DNA of 64,000 nucleotides from an uncultured Erysipelotrichaceae bacterium (GCA_902793375.1 CADBDE010000002.1:15810-79809), one strand, 5' to 3'; counted from the first letter of the stretch, positions 26,339 to 36,113 are shown. A program made the numbers and translations. The notes: generated from the letters alone by a model not told the origin.

Positions 26339-28396
26339 CTAATTATACTCTGCTTTATCTTTTCTCATTTCTATTGTTGCTTCATTTATAGCATCATCAA
26401 TTGTTTTTATTTCATCTTGAATCATGCTATATCCTACTGCTGCTCCAAATCCATAATGAAGTGATTTAAATTCTTTTGTTAGTTTTTTACAATATGTAGA
26501 TACCTGTTGTTCACTATACCCAACTAGATATAGTAAGAATTCATTACCATCACTTCTAATAATCTCACTATTTTCAAGTTGAGTATTTATTAATGTACTA
26601 GCAGCATCAACAATTAGTTTATCTCCTTGTTCATGTCCATAATTATCATTAACATACTTAATATTATTTAAATCAATTATAATAATAGCTTGTGGATATT
26701 TTTGAGATTCATTCCATATTTTTATATTGTGATTCAAGTAATTTCTATTTTTTAAAGAAGTTAACATATCTGTATATTTTCTTCTTTCTTCTTTTTTTAT
26801 TACTTTTACAACTTTTCTCTTTTTAAAGAATATAAATAATATTGATAGTGCAAAAAGTGGAATTAATACAATTAATAATATTATAAAATATAGTTCTTCA
26901 AATGTAGTTTTATCAAGAATTGATGTATTTAAACTATTAATACCACTATTTCTATAATTGTAATATGAATTTGTTCCAATTATGTAATTGAATACATCAA
27001 AGAACACTTTATTACTATCATCATTTCTAACCATAAACTTATAGTCTTTAGTAATAGTAGATTCATATAAAACTTCATAATCAGACAATTTACTTGTTCT
27101 ATAATATTCATATATTTCTTTATCCACAACTACTAAATTATTATCAGCATTTTTAATTAAATCCTTAATATCTTTTGATGGAACTAATTGAGCTTTACTA
27201 TTATCTTTAAAATAATTAAATAATGCATTATTCTCAATAATAGATACTTTTTGGCCTTTCATTCCTTCAAAACTATTAATAACATATCCATCTTTTGTTT
27301 TTCCAAGAACAACATATTTTTCAACAAAAGGAGAGATTGTCATATTAAACTTACTATCTTCAAAATCATAATAATTAAAATAAATATCTACTTTCTCATT
27401 ATCTATTGCTTTTTTTAATTCATCTAAATTGTCATATTCAACAAATTCAATTATATCAAGTTCATCACCGGTTAAACGAATCATTCTATTTATATATTCT
27501 GCTGCTATACCTGTCAATTCATTACCATGAAGATTTTCATATGGAAGATTTTCTACAAATCCATATTTATAAGTTTTATTTAAGAATTCAGTTTTATCCT
27601 TATCACTTGTTTTAGCTTTTGTAATATAATAATCTAATAAAGTTTTGTTGTAAGTATTTATGTACTTATTTTCTTTCCAATTATTAAAATATTTTTTAAC
27701 AATTTCATTCATTCTTTCATTATTATTGTCATTTGACAAAGAAAGTACTATTTTTTTACTTAATTCAGCAAATACATAGTTAATATTATATTTATCATTC
27801 TTTATCGTTTTATTCAAATACATAGTATTTGGAATAATAATCATATCTATATTACCATCTTCGTAATCTTTAAATAAATCATCTGATTTTTCATATGTTT
27901 TATATTTTAAAGATGTATATGATTTTAGATAATAAAATAATTCATCTGAGTCAGATGTTAAAACACCTACTGTTTTGGCTCCTATATCATTTATTGAATT
28001 AATTCTTATATTTTCTTTTCCATACAAAACATATACATCATCTTGTAGTAATAAGTCATTATCATCTAAGTTTTCATCTAAATCTAATACTCTAAAACGA
28101 TATCCTTTTGATTCTATTTCTGATTCTTTAAAATATTGAACTATATTAAATTCTAGATCTGTAGCTTCACTAAAATCATTTATAAAGTTCCTAAAAACAC
28201 CACTTTCTCCAAAAATTGGATAATCATTAAGTATTTCAAAATCAATAACATTTGATAAATGATCTGAAATCCATTTTTTATCAGATGGCGTAAATGAATT
28301 TTTATCTGCTCTATTTAAGTAGTAATATAATCCAATTAATACTGACAGTGCAATAATAATTGGAATCGTTACAACCCATTTTTTCTTTAATTTCAT
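26339..28396 (-). CDS. sensor protein: N-terminal TM, two periplasmic solute-binding-like domains, TM, C-terminal degenerate GGDEF domain
   Basis: The C-terminus IIIDLNNIKYVNDNYGHEQGDKLI...IRSDGNEFLL aligns with the GGDEF fold, but the signature reads D-G-N-E-F (26537-26557). Confidence 0.75.
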   Translation of the reverse strand: MKLKKKWVVTIPIIIALSVLIGLYYYLNRADKNSFTPSDKKWISDHLSNVIDFEILNDYPIFGESGVFRNFINDFSEATDLEFNIVQYFKESEIESKGYRFRVLDLDENLDDNDLLLQDDVYVLYGKENIRINSINDIGAKTVGVLTSDSDELFYYLKSYTSLKYKTYEKSDDLFKDYEDGNIDMIIIPNTMYLNKTIKNDKYNINYVFAELSKKIVLSLSNDNNNERMNEIVKKYFNNWKENKYINTYNKTLLDYYITKAKTSDKDKTEFLNKTYKYGFVENLPYENLHGNELTGIAAEYINRMIRLTGDELDIIEFVEYDNLDELKKAIDNEKVDIYFNYYDFEDSKFNMTISPFVEKYVVLGKTKDGYVINSFEGMKGQKVSIIENNALFNYFKDNSKAQLVPSKDIKDLIKNADNNLVVVDKEIYEYYRTSKLSDYEVLYESTITKDYKFMVRNDDSNKVFFDVFNYIIGTNSYYNYRNSGINSLNTSILDKTTFEELYFIILLIVLIPLFALSILFIFFKKRKVVKVIKKEERRKYTDMLTSLKNRNYLNHNIKIWNESQKYPQAIIIIDLNNIKYVNDNYGHEQGDKLIVDAASTLINTQLENSEIIRSDGNEFLLYLVGYSEQQVSTYCKKLTKEFKSLHYGFGAAVGYSMIQDEIKTIDDAINEATIEMRKDKAEYN

Positions 28397-28413
28397 TTTT
28401 AATCACCTACAAA

Positions 28414-29163
28414 CTACCATGTTTTTGCCCATACAAATTGGTTAGATCCAGCCTTAAAATATCCAATAGTTGGAAAATTTCTATCAACAGATACTGTATT
28501 TATTGTTGTCTCTTTTGCTGCAGCTTCTGATGTTTTCTTGACAATTTTAATACTACATTTACTTTCACCAATCTTATCCTTTGTGAATCCATATATTATA
28601 TGTTCTCCATCTTCAGTTATTTTAATAGATTGTTCTTTATTATAAGTTACAGCGTCGGTAGTTGATATTCCATAATCAGTTGCAAACTCACTTTCAGATA
28701 AATCATCTAAAAATTTAACATCAACATCTCCAACAAAATTTCCATCTTCATCCATTTTTCCTGTTGCTTCAAGAGTACAGTTATAATTCTTAGTTAAAAA
28801 CAATTCTACATCATAAAATGCTATTTGATCTGCATCCAAAGCTCCAGTAACCAAACTGTCAAGTTGTTTTGAAGCCATCATATCAGCGTTATCAGCAACA
28901 TAAACAATTACCTTTAGTATTTTTCCTTTTAAATATGGTTTAGTTACTTTTAAAACAAAATCCTTTTGTGATATATTGTTAACAATATTCTCTTTTTGCT
29001 CCTCAGTTATTGGTACATTTTCAATACCATCTAGTCTATCTCCATATACTGGAAGTCCACTGCTACCAATAAATAATTTATAAATAAAGAATGCAAATCC
29101 TACTACTATTATATATACTAGTATTACAAATGCAGACAACTTATGTTTTTTAATATAATTCAT
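28414..29163 (-). CDS. membrane-anchored hypothetical protein
   Basis: N-terminal TM (LSAFVILVYIIVVGFAFFIY). ATG behind GAGGTGA. No recognised motif. Confidence 0.5.
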   Translation of the reverse strand: MNYIKKHKLSAFVILVYIIVVGFAFFIYKLFIGSSGLPVYGDRLDGIENVPITEEQKENIVNNISQKDFVLKVTKPYLKGKILKVIVYVADNADMMASKQLDSLVTGALDADQIAFYDVELFLTKNYNCTLEATGKMDEDGNFVGDVDVKFLDDLSESEFATDYGISTTDAVTYNKEQSIKITEDGEHIIYGFTKDKIGESKCSIKIVKKTSEAAAKETTINTVSVDRNFPTIGYFKAGSNQFVWAKTW

Positions 29164-29257
29164 CTTTTTCACCTCGGTATATTAATTATACAACAAAAAC
29201 AAATTATTTTGTAGTAAAATCTACAAATATATTATGAAATATTTGTGTATTTTATTT

Positions 29258-29288
29258 TAAAAAAAATAATCCAAAATAATGGATTATT
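29258..29288 (-). terminator. rho-independent terminator of gatCAB
   Basis: Minus strand: AATAATCCA-6 nt-TGGATTATT followed by TTTTTTTT. Confidence 0.7.
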
Positions 29289-30696
29289 TTTTTAATAGTT
29301 CTACTAATTTTTTTGTTACTAATTCTGGATTAGCATTTCCACCAGTTTCTTTCATAATTAATCCCATTAATCCTTTTAAAACTCTTTCATTTCCATTTTT
29401 ATAGTCATTAACCATCTTTGAATTACTATCAATAACATTTTCTATAATTGAAATAAGTTCTTCTTCGCTCATTTCTTTAATATTATGATTTTCAAGTATT
29501 TCATCAATTGATGAATCACTTTCCATAATATCATCAAGAATAACTTTAAATATTTTACTATTTATTTTTCCTTTATCTAAATAATTAACAACATCAATAA
29601 ACTTTTCGTCAGTACATTTTGTATCTTCTAAAACCATTTCATATTTATTTAGATATGCTGCTATATCTCCTAATAATAAATTACTAGCAATAACTAAGTT
29701 AATTCTATTATTAAACTTATTTAAATAATCAGATATTGTTCTATTTTGAATTATCTTTCCAATATTAATTTCATTTATTCCTGCTTTTCTATAAATTTCT
29801 CTTCTTTCATCTGCTGACATTGGAATATTTTCTTTAGTTTCTTTAATATATTCTTCAGTTAAATCTATAAATGGAATATCTGGTTCTGGGAAATACCTAT
29901 AATCATTTCCGGTTTCCTTTACCCTCATAAGAATTGTAGACATTGTTTTATCATCAAATCTTCTTGTTTGTTCTTTAAATGTTTCTCCTTTTTCATAAAG
30001 TGCTATTTGTCTATCTTCTTCATATTTTATTGCTACTCCAACATTTGAAATGGATCCAATGTTTTTAACTTCAACTTTAGTATTTAATTTATCTGTTTTA
30101 CTAACTGAAACGTTACAATCACATCTCATGCTTCCTTCTTCAATCTTACAATCAGATACATCTGCATATAAAAGTAATTCTCTAAGTTTTTCCAGATATT
30201 TTACTGCTTCTTCGGCACTGTTCATATCTGCTTCTGTAACAATTTCTACAAGAGGTACTCCTGCTCTATTATAATCAAGCATTGATTTTTTTTCAGCATG
30301 AATACTCTTACAAGTATCTTCTTCTATATGAATGTCATGAATTCTTATTTTCTTTTTACCATTATCTGTATCAATTTCTACATATCCATTTACTCCAATA
30401 GGAGTTCTATTTTGAGTAATTTGATAATTCTTAGGATTATCTGGATAGAAATAATTTTTTCTATCAAAATGCATATGTTTATTTATTTCACAATTTAACA
30501 CAAGTGCTGCTCTAAGTCCTAATCTTATTACTTCCTCATTCATTGTAGGAAGTGTTCCAGGGTATCCTAAATCAATTACATTAGTACATGTATTTGCCAT
30601 TTTCCCATAATGATTTGCACTATCAGAGAATATCTTTGTTTTTGTTTTTAACTCAGCATGTACCTCTATTCCAACAGTTGTTTTATAATTATTCAT
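29284..30696 (-). CDS. gatB: Asp-tRNA(Asn)/Glu-tRNA(Gln) amidotransferase subunit B
   Basis: Full-length GatB pattern (YKTTVGIEVHAEL..., DYNRAGVPLVEIV, RCDCNVS, YRYFPEPD). The ATG overlaps the gatA stop. Confidence 0.95.
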   Translation of the reverse strand: MNNYKTTVGIEVHAELKTKTKIFSDSANHYGKMANTCTNVIDLGYPGTLPTMNEEVIRLGLRAALVLNCEINKHMHFDRKNYFYPDNPKNYQITQNRTPIGVNGYVEIDTDNGKKKIRIHDIHIEEDTCKSIHAEKKSMLDYNRAGVPLVEIVTEADMNSAEEAVKYLEKLRELLLYADVSDCKIEEGSMRCDCNVSVSKTDKLNTKVEVKNIGSISNVGVAIKYEEDRQIALYEKGETFKEQTRRFDDKTMSTILMRVKETGNDYRYFPEPDIPFIDLTEEYIKETKENIPMSADERREIYRKAGINEINIGKIIQNRTISDYLNKFNNRINLVIASNLLLGDIAAYLNKYEMVLEDTKCTDEKFIDVVNYLDKGKINSKIFKVILDDIMESDSSIDEILENHNIKEMSEEELISIIENVIDSNSKMVNDYKNGNERVLKGLMGLIMKETGGNANPELVTKKLVELLKK

Positions 30697-32146
30697 TTTT
30701 ATCACCTCTTGGATCTAGATTTAATTTTAATTCTTTTTCTAAGAAAGATGCCAATTGATAAATTTTAGCTTCTTCAAATCTTTTTGATACTATATGCATT
30801 CCAATTGGTAATTTATCTTTAGAAAAACCTATTGGAAGATTTAGTCCAGGAAGTCCAGCCATATTAACAGGTATTACTAACACGTCATCCATAAATGCTT
30901 TTAATGGATCTGTTGAATCTTCTTTAATGTCATAAGCAGGCGTTGTAGTAGTAGGTCCAATAATAAAGTCATATTTTTCAAATACTTTATCAAAGCTTTT
31001 CTTTATATCATCTCTAATACTTAGTGCTTTATCATAATAAATTTTTGCATTTTCTCCACTTAATATGAATGATCCTACCATTATTCTTCTTTTAACTTCA
31101 TCACCAAAACCAATTTGTCTAGTTTTAGTATATAATTCTTCTAAATCTTTTGGATTTTCATAAGAATATCCATATTTAACTCCATCAAATCTTGCTAAGT
31201 TTCCACTTGCTTCTCCCATAGCAATTATTTGATATAAAGTAACTGCATTCTCAAGATATTTAATATCTATATAATCAACAGTACATCCACTTTTCTTTAA
31301 TAATTCTACTGTTTTATTAAAGTTATCTAGTACTTCTTTTGATACTATATCAGATACAAAATAATTAGGTACTGCGATTTTCATCTTATTAATATCTTTA
31401 CCAATTAATCTTGTAAAATCTTCCACATCTTTTCTTGCACTAGTTAAATCTTTTTCATCTTTTCCACATATAATATTTAAAAGTTCTGCATTTTCTTCAA
31501 CATTTCTTGTCATTGGACCTATTTGATCTAGACTAGATGCAAAAGCTACTAATCCATATCTAGATACTCTTCCATATGTTGGTTTCATTCCAACAATTCC
31601 ACAATGAGCAGCTGGTTGTCTTATTGATCCACCAGTGTCACTTCCAAGCGATAAAGGGACTAATCTTCCTGATACACAAGCAGCACTTCCTCCACTAGAT
31701 CCACCAGTTATCTTATCTTTATTCCATGGATTATGAGGTGCTTTAAAATAGCTTGTTTTAGAACAAGATCCCATTGCAAACTCATCCATATTTGTCTTAC
31801 CAACAATAATCATATTTTTTTCATTTATTTTATCAATTACTGTAGCGTTATATATAGGAACAAAGTTTTCAAGTATTTTAGAAGCACATGTAGTTCTTAA
31901 CCCTTCAGTACAAATATTATCTTTAATAGCAATAGGAATACCAAAGAATATATTATCTACTTCTTTTGATTCTAATTCTTTTGCTTTTTTAATAGCTTCT
32001 TCTTTATTTAAAGTAATAAAACAATTTAAATCAGAATTAGATTCAATTCTTTCAAATACTTCATTTACTAAATCAATAGGTTTTATTTTTTTATCTTTAA
32101 GAAGTTTATTAATTTCTTTTATACTTAAATCTAAATATTTACTCAT
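30689..32146 (-). CDS. gatA: Asp-tRNA(Asn)/Glu-tRNA(Gln) amidotransferase subunit A
   Basis: Amidase signature GGSSGGSAA...GSDTGGSIRQPA. Confidence 0.95.
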   Translation of the reverse strand: MSKYLDLSIKEINKLLKDKKIKPIDLVNEVFERIESNSDLNCFITLNKEEAIKKAKELESKEVDNIFFGIPIAIKDNICTEGLRTTCASKILENFVPIYNATVIDKINEKNMIIVGKTNMDEFAMGSCSKTSYFKAPHNPWNKDKITGGSSGGSAACVSGRLVPLSLGSDTGGSIRQPAAHCGIVGMKPTYGRVSRYGLVAFASSLDQIGPMTRNVEENAELLNIICGKDEKDLTSARKDVEDFTRLIGKDINKMKIAVPNYFVSDIVSKEVLDNFNKTVELLKKSGCTVDYIDIKYLENAVTLYQIIAMGEASGNLARFDGVKYGYSYENPKDLEELYTKTRQIGFGDEVKRRIMVGSFILSGENAKIYYDKALSIRDDIKKSFDKVFEKYDFIIGPTTTTPAYDIKEDSTDPLKAFMDDVLVIPVNMAGLPGLNLPIGFSKDKLPIGMHIVSKRFEEAKIYQLASFLEKELKLNLDPRGDKNE

Positions 32147-32432
32147 TTAACATCACCGGTACTTCCACAAAATTTCCTGTTTTATGAGGAGCATTTTCAA
32201 GTGCTTTTTTATAATCAAGCATTTTTCCCTCTTTATCAGGTCTTAACTCAGTATTATATTCTACTGGTGAAATCATTAAATCATCATCATAACCTTTGAT
32301 ATCTTTTATCTTATCTATTTCATCAATTAATTTCTTTAAATCTACTCTGTATTTTTCAATTTCATCATCAGATAAATTGATTCTTGCAAGATTTGCAACA
32401 TGTAATACTTCTTCTTTAGACAATTTTTCCAT
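32139..32432 (-). CDS. gatC: Asp-tRNA(Asn)/Glu-tRNA(Gln) amidotransferase subunit C
   Basis: MEKLSKEEVLHVANLARINLSDDEIEKY is a typical GatC N-terminus. Start at the ATG behind AGAGGGA. Confidence 0.9.
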   Translation of the reverse strand: MEKLSKEEVLHVANLARINLSDDEIEKYRVDLKKLIDEIDKIKDIKGYDDDLMISPVEYNTELRPDKEGKMLDYKKALENAPHKTGNFVEVPVMLNE

Positions 32433-32477
32433 AATATCCCTCTTTTTCATTACAATATTATAACATATTTTAAAAAA

Positions 32478-32502
32478 ATAAAAAGCAATTCTTAAAGAAT
32501 TG
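32478..32502 (-). terminator. rho-independent terminator of the pilin-like gene
   Basis: Minus strand: GCAATTCTTTAAGAATTGC followed by TTTTTATTTTTTT. Confidence 0.6.
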
Positions 32503-32509
32503 CAAATTA

Positions 32510-33910
32510 TTAATCTATATTAGATAATTTAACATCTATAGTTGGTCGAACTCCGCCATTTATAACAGACATTCTATTTGTATTGATTACACTAAAATAT
32601 CGATTATCTGAATATAGATACCAAACATCGTTATTAGTATTGGCACGTGGAGTTTCAAGCCATATACCATAAGTTCCTTTGGCAGATTTTTCGTAATTAG
32701 TACCTTCAAATAAAAATCTACAGTTTGTTGTTACTCCAGCTTTTATAATTGTTTTACTTAACTCTCCATTTGTATTGCTTCCAACCTGAGTTAAATCACA
32801 ACCTTTCATTACCTCTTGAGCAGTTAATAATCTAGCTGCCCTATTAACTCCATCATATTTGTATTCATATGATATTGGTAAAGTTCCTCCAGTTGTCATT
32901 GTTGCATTATGATTACTTAGATTCTCTGCTAGTATTGATCGCATTGTAGTTTTTAATTCAATATTATTCCACTGAGCAATGCTTGGTAAACTCTTTACTG
33001 CAGTTACAGGTCCAAGCCAATTTGGATAATCAATTGTTATACTAGAATCAACAACTAAAGCATCAGCTTTTACTACGTATCCAGATCCTGAAAAACTTGG
33101 TGCTCCATTAATGGTATTTTTATAATAAATCAAAGTTGCAGTATTTGAATCAAAAGTCTTAGTTTTAGTATCAAAATAATCACTTACGTAATAAAATCTT
33201 TCTGTGTAGTCTCCATCTTGAGTTACTTTACAATCAAATGCAGCTCCTGTTGGAATTTCACCCTCTCCACTCCATAATACACCATATGTTATAGTATTGT
33301 TACTACCAGTATATCCATCTGCTGCACAATAACCACTTGTTTGCTGACAAGTTGCTTCATGAAGTATTGTTGCTCTTTTACAAACTACATCTTTATAAGC
33401 ATCTTTATCATTTTTTGCTGTACATGTCTCATTAAAAATTGTTACTTTGTCTCTTCCACCTACTCCAATATTATCTTTAATGTCATCTCTTGTTAAATCA
33501 CTTTTTATATCATCAGTATCTAACTCATCTATACTTTTTAACTCTGATACACCTTGTCCTGCATCATCTAGACTTACCCAATAATAGCTATATCCTTTTC
33601 CATCATATGTTACTATTACATAGGTTTTATCTTTTATAAAATCTCCATATGGACTTTTTGATGCATTTTCTGTCTTTATACAATTTGCTGGAATATAGTA
33701 TGTTGTATTTGTGTCATACATCTCTAACTTTCCCTCATTTACTAAATTCCTTACTCCTGCAGTTATTTCTTTCGCAGTGTCTACATAAGCATTCTTTCTT
33801 GAATCGCTTATGTACTTTGTTACACTAGGAATAGCAATAATCATTAAGATTCCAAGAATTATTATTACTGCTAATAATTCAATTAAAGTAAATCCATTTT
33901 TCTTTTTCAT
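32510..33910 (-). CDS. prepilin-type N-terminal cleavage/methylation domain protein with large (about 430 aa) C-terminal domain
   Basis: MKKKNGFTLIELLAVIIILGILMIIAIPS is the class III signal peptide (G/FTLIE) followed by a hydrophobic helix. The rest is beta-rich with several Cys pairs. Confidence 0.75.
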   Translation of the reverse strand: MKKKNGFTLIELLAVIIILGILMIIAIPSVTKYISDSRKNAYVDTAKEITAGVRNLVNEGKLEMYDTNTTYYIPANCIKTENASKSPYGDFIKDKTYVIVTYDGKGYSYYWVSLDDAGQGVSELKSIDELDTDDIKSDLTRDDIKDNIGVGGRDKVTIFNETCTAKNDKDAYKDVVCKRATILHEATCQQTSGYCAADGYTGSNNTITYGVLWSGEGEIPTGAAFDCKVTQDGDYTERFYYVSDYFDTKTKTFDSNTATLIYYKNTINGAPSFSGSGYVVKADALVVDSSITIDYPNWLGPVTAVKSLPSIAQWNNIELKTTMRSILAENLSNHNATMTTGGTLPISYEYKYDGVNRAARLLTAQEVMKGCDLTQVGSNTNGELSKTIIKAGVTTNCRFLFEGTNYEKSAKGTYGIWLETPRANTNNDVWYLYSDNRYFSVINTNRMSVINGGVRPTIDVKLSNID

Positions 33911-33961
33911 AACTCACCTATTTTATATTTTAATTATATAGTTATATAAATATTTTATCAA

Positions 33962-33985
33962 TAAAAAAAGCATATTAAATGCTTT
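33962..33985 (-). terminator. rho-independent terminator
   Basis: Minus strand: AAAGCAT-ttaat-ATGCTTT followed by TTTTTTATT. Confidence 0.5.
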
Positions 33986-34343
33986 CGTTTTTGTTATTAT
34001 CTAACATAATATTTTTTTTAAGTAAAAATTTTTGAAATCCAAGAGTATATACTTTTTTTAATCCTTTTCTTTTAACTATATTTATTATTAATACTACAAC
34101 GAAAAAAATTACTACTAAGACTATACCTATTACAATATAATTTTTTATATAATTAGTTATTATGTCATCAACAATATAATCCTTTTTAAAATTGTTGTAA
34201 GCTATTACTAAAATAGTAATTGTTATTGCTACTACTATTAAATATATAAATAATGATATATTCAATTTCTTTTTAGTTTTTTTCTTATATTGTTTAAACA
34301 AATCATTTTGTTCCTCTTCATTTAATTCTGAATAGTTTCTCAT
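33975..34343 (-). CDS. small membrane protein (2 TM)
   Basis: Two hydrophobic segments (ISLFIYLIVVAITITILVIAY; IVIGIVLVVIFFVVVLIINIV). ATG at 34343 behind AAGGA. Confidence 0.45.
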   Translation of the reverse strand: MRNYSELNEEEQNDLFKQYKKKTKKKLNISLFIYLIVVAITITILVIAYNNFKKDYIVDDIITNYIKNYIVIGIVLVVIFFVVVLIINIVKRKGLKKVYTLGFQKFLLKKNIMLDNNKNESI

Positions 34344-34356
34344 TATTTTTCCTTTA

Positions 34357-34809
34357 TTAATCACAAGTCATTCCAAACTTTATTTCAATTTTTGATTTCA
34401 TTTGATTAATTGGAAGTGTTGTACTTATTTCTCCATAATATTCTTCCAATTTATCATCTTTAACTTTAGCAGTAAAAATAAATCCATTTTCTGTTTTATC
34501 TTTAATATTACACTCTTCCAACATATTTTCACATCCAGCATTATACTTTGCTTCTAACTCTTCGATACATTCTTCTTTTGTTTCTTTTGTACAGCCATAT
34601 ACTTTTAAATCTAACTCTTCAATATTTACTATAATTTCAATATTTGTAGATTCTACTTTTGTTTTTTCTTTATTATAATTTATTATTATTGACTGTTTAA
34701 ATTCCCCATCATTTAATTCTTCAAAACAAACTAATTTATTATTATTTCCACACGCAGTAAATAAAAAAGTAACAGAAAGCAACATCACCAAAAAAAGTCT
34801 TTTTTTCAT
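34357..34809 (-). CDS. small lipoprotein
   Basis: Lipobox LLSVTFLFTAC-GNNNK. GGAGG RBS. Paralogous in layout to 49047-49514. Confidence 0.6.
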   Translation of the reverse strand: MKKRLFLVMLLSVTFLFTACGNNNKLVCFEELNDGEFKQSIIINYNKEKTKVESTNIEIIVNIEELDLKVYGCTKETKEECIEELEAKYNAGCENMLEECNIKDKTENGFIFTAKVKDDKLEEYYGEISTTLPINQMKSKIEIKFGMTCD

Positions 34810-34946
34810 AACAATTCCTCCATAATTACCCCATCTAATTAAATTATATTATTTAACAGAATTTAACTCAACCTTTTTTTATTTAAAAAACATTTTTTTA
34901 ATTCACACTTTTTGACACTCGAAGAAAAAATATCCACCAATATTTG

Positions 34947-34975
34947 TTGATATTTTTATATATGTGTTTTATATT
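34947..34975 (+). promoter_or_regulatory. possible sigma-A promoter of the amine-dehydrogenase-family gene
   Basis: TTGATA (34947-34952), a 17-nt spacer, then TATATT (34970-34975), 20 nt before the ATG. AT-rich context, so support is weak. Confidence 0.3.
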
Positions 34976-34995
34976 TTAGATAATAGGAGGGAGAT

Positions 34996-36081
34996 ATGAA
35001 CAGAAAAATCAAAGTTGTGCAATATGGCGTAGGAAAAATGAGCCTTTACACGATGAGATATGCACTTGAAAAAGGGTGTGAAATTGTTGGTGCAGTTGAT
35101 ATTAATCCTGAAGTAATTGGAAAAGATTTATCAATTTTTTTAGGAGGTAATTCTACTGGGGTTGTTGTAACATCTGTTAATGATGCTGAAAGGATGTTAA
35201 GAGAAACAAAACCAGATATATGTATCGTAACAACAATGAGTTTATTTAATGACGTTTATCAAGCTCTTGAATTATGTGCAAAACTTGGTATTAATGCAAT
35301 CACTACTTGTGAAGAAGCATTCTATCCAATTAATTCAAATCCAATTTCTACTAAAGCAATTAATGCAATTGCTAAAGAAACTGGATGTACAATTACAGGA
35401 AGTGGATACCAAGACGTGTATTGGGGTGAACTAATATCTGCTATAGCTGCTTCTACTCAAAGAATAACTAAAATAAAAGGTAGTTCAAGTTATAACGTAG
35501 AAGATTATGGTATTGCACTTGCAGAAGCCCATGGAGCTGGGCTTACCCTAAATGAATTCCAAGAAAAAGTTGCATCTCTTGATGAGATGACTGAAGAAGA
35601 AAGAAAACAAAAAATAGATAGTTGTGAATTCATACCTTCTTATATGTGGAACGTTAATGGTTGGCTTGCTGAAAAACTTGGTTTAACAGTATTAAGCCAA
35701 ACTCAAAAATGTGTACCACAAACTCACAGTGAAGATTTAGAGTCAACAACATTAAATATGACTATCCCACAGGGAAATGCCACTGGTATGAGTGCTGTAG
35801 TAACCACAACAACAAAAGAAGGAATTACAATTGAATCTGAATGTATAGGTAAAGTTTATTCAAAAGATGATTTTGACAAAAATGAATGGACTATATTTGG
35901 TGAACCAGATACAACAATAGTAGTAAATAGACCAGCAACAGTAGAACTTACATGTGCTACTGTTGTAAATAGAATTCCAGATGTAATAAATGCCGAACCT
36001 GGATATGTTCCAACAGATAAAATTGGAGAACCAACATTCAAAATTAAACCTTTAAACGAATATGTTAATAAGGTAGATTAA
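34996..36081 (+). CDS. NAD(P)-dependent oxidoreductase of the 2,4-diaminopentanoate dehydrogenase / native amine dehydrogenase (DapB-N-like) family
   Basis: N-terminal Rossmann KIKVVQYGVGKMSLYTMRYALEKGCEIVGAVDINPEVIGKD, about 360 aa. The length and N-terminus fit the Ord/AmDH family. Strong GGAGGGAG RBS. Confidence 0.5.
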   Translation: MNRKIKVVQYGVGKMSLYTMRYALEKGCEIVGAVDINPEVIGKDLSIFLGGNSTGVVVTSVNDAERMLRETKPDICIVTTMSLFNDVYQALELCAKLGINAITTCEEAFYPINSNPISTKAINAIAKETGCTITGSGYQDVYWGELISAIAASTQRITKIKGSSSYNVEDYGIALAEAHGAGLTLNEFQEKVASLDEMTEEERKQKIDSCEFIPSYMWNVNGWLAEKLGLTVLSQTQKCVPQTHSEDLESTTLNMTIPQGNATGMSAVVTTTTKEGITIESECIGKVYSKDDFDKNEWTIFGEPDTTIVVNRPATVELTCATVVNRIPDVINAEPGYVPTDKIGEPTFKIKPLNEYVNKVD

Positions 36082-36113
36082 AAAAAGGAAGTACTGGGCA
36101 CTTCCTTTTTTTA
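36081..36113. terminator. bidirectional rho-independent terminator
   Basis: AAGGAAGT-actgggc-ACTTCCTT, flanked by A6 and T7. Confidence 0.75.

Noticed and set aside
32451-32509. Riboswitch or T-box leaders upstream of gatCAB, fhs, thiI, dxs and ackA.
   Set aside because: All these upstream gaps are under 80 nt, or the genes are internal to operons. No T-box specifier or antiterminator, or riboswitch-like conserved core, was seen.
34929-34938. DnaA-box-like TATCCAC.
   Set aside because: It is a single imperfect copy with no cluster, no AT-rich unwinding-element context and no dnaA or dnaN nearby.
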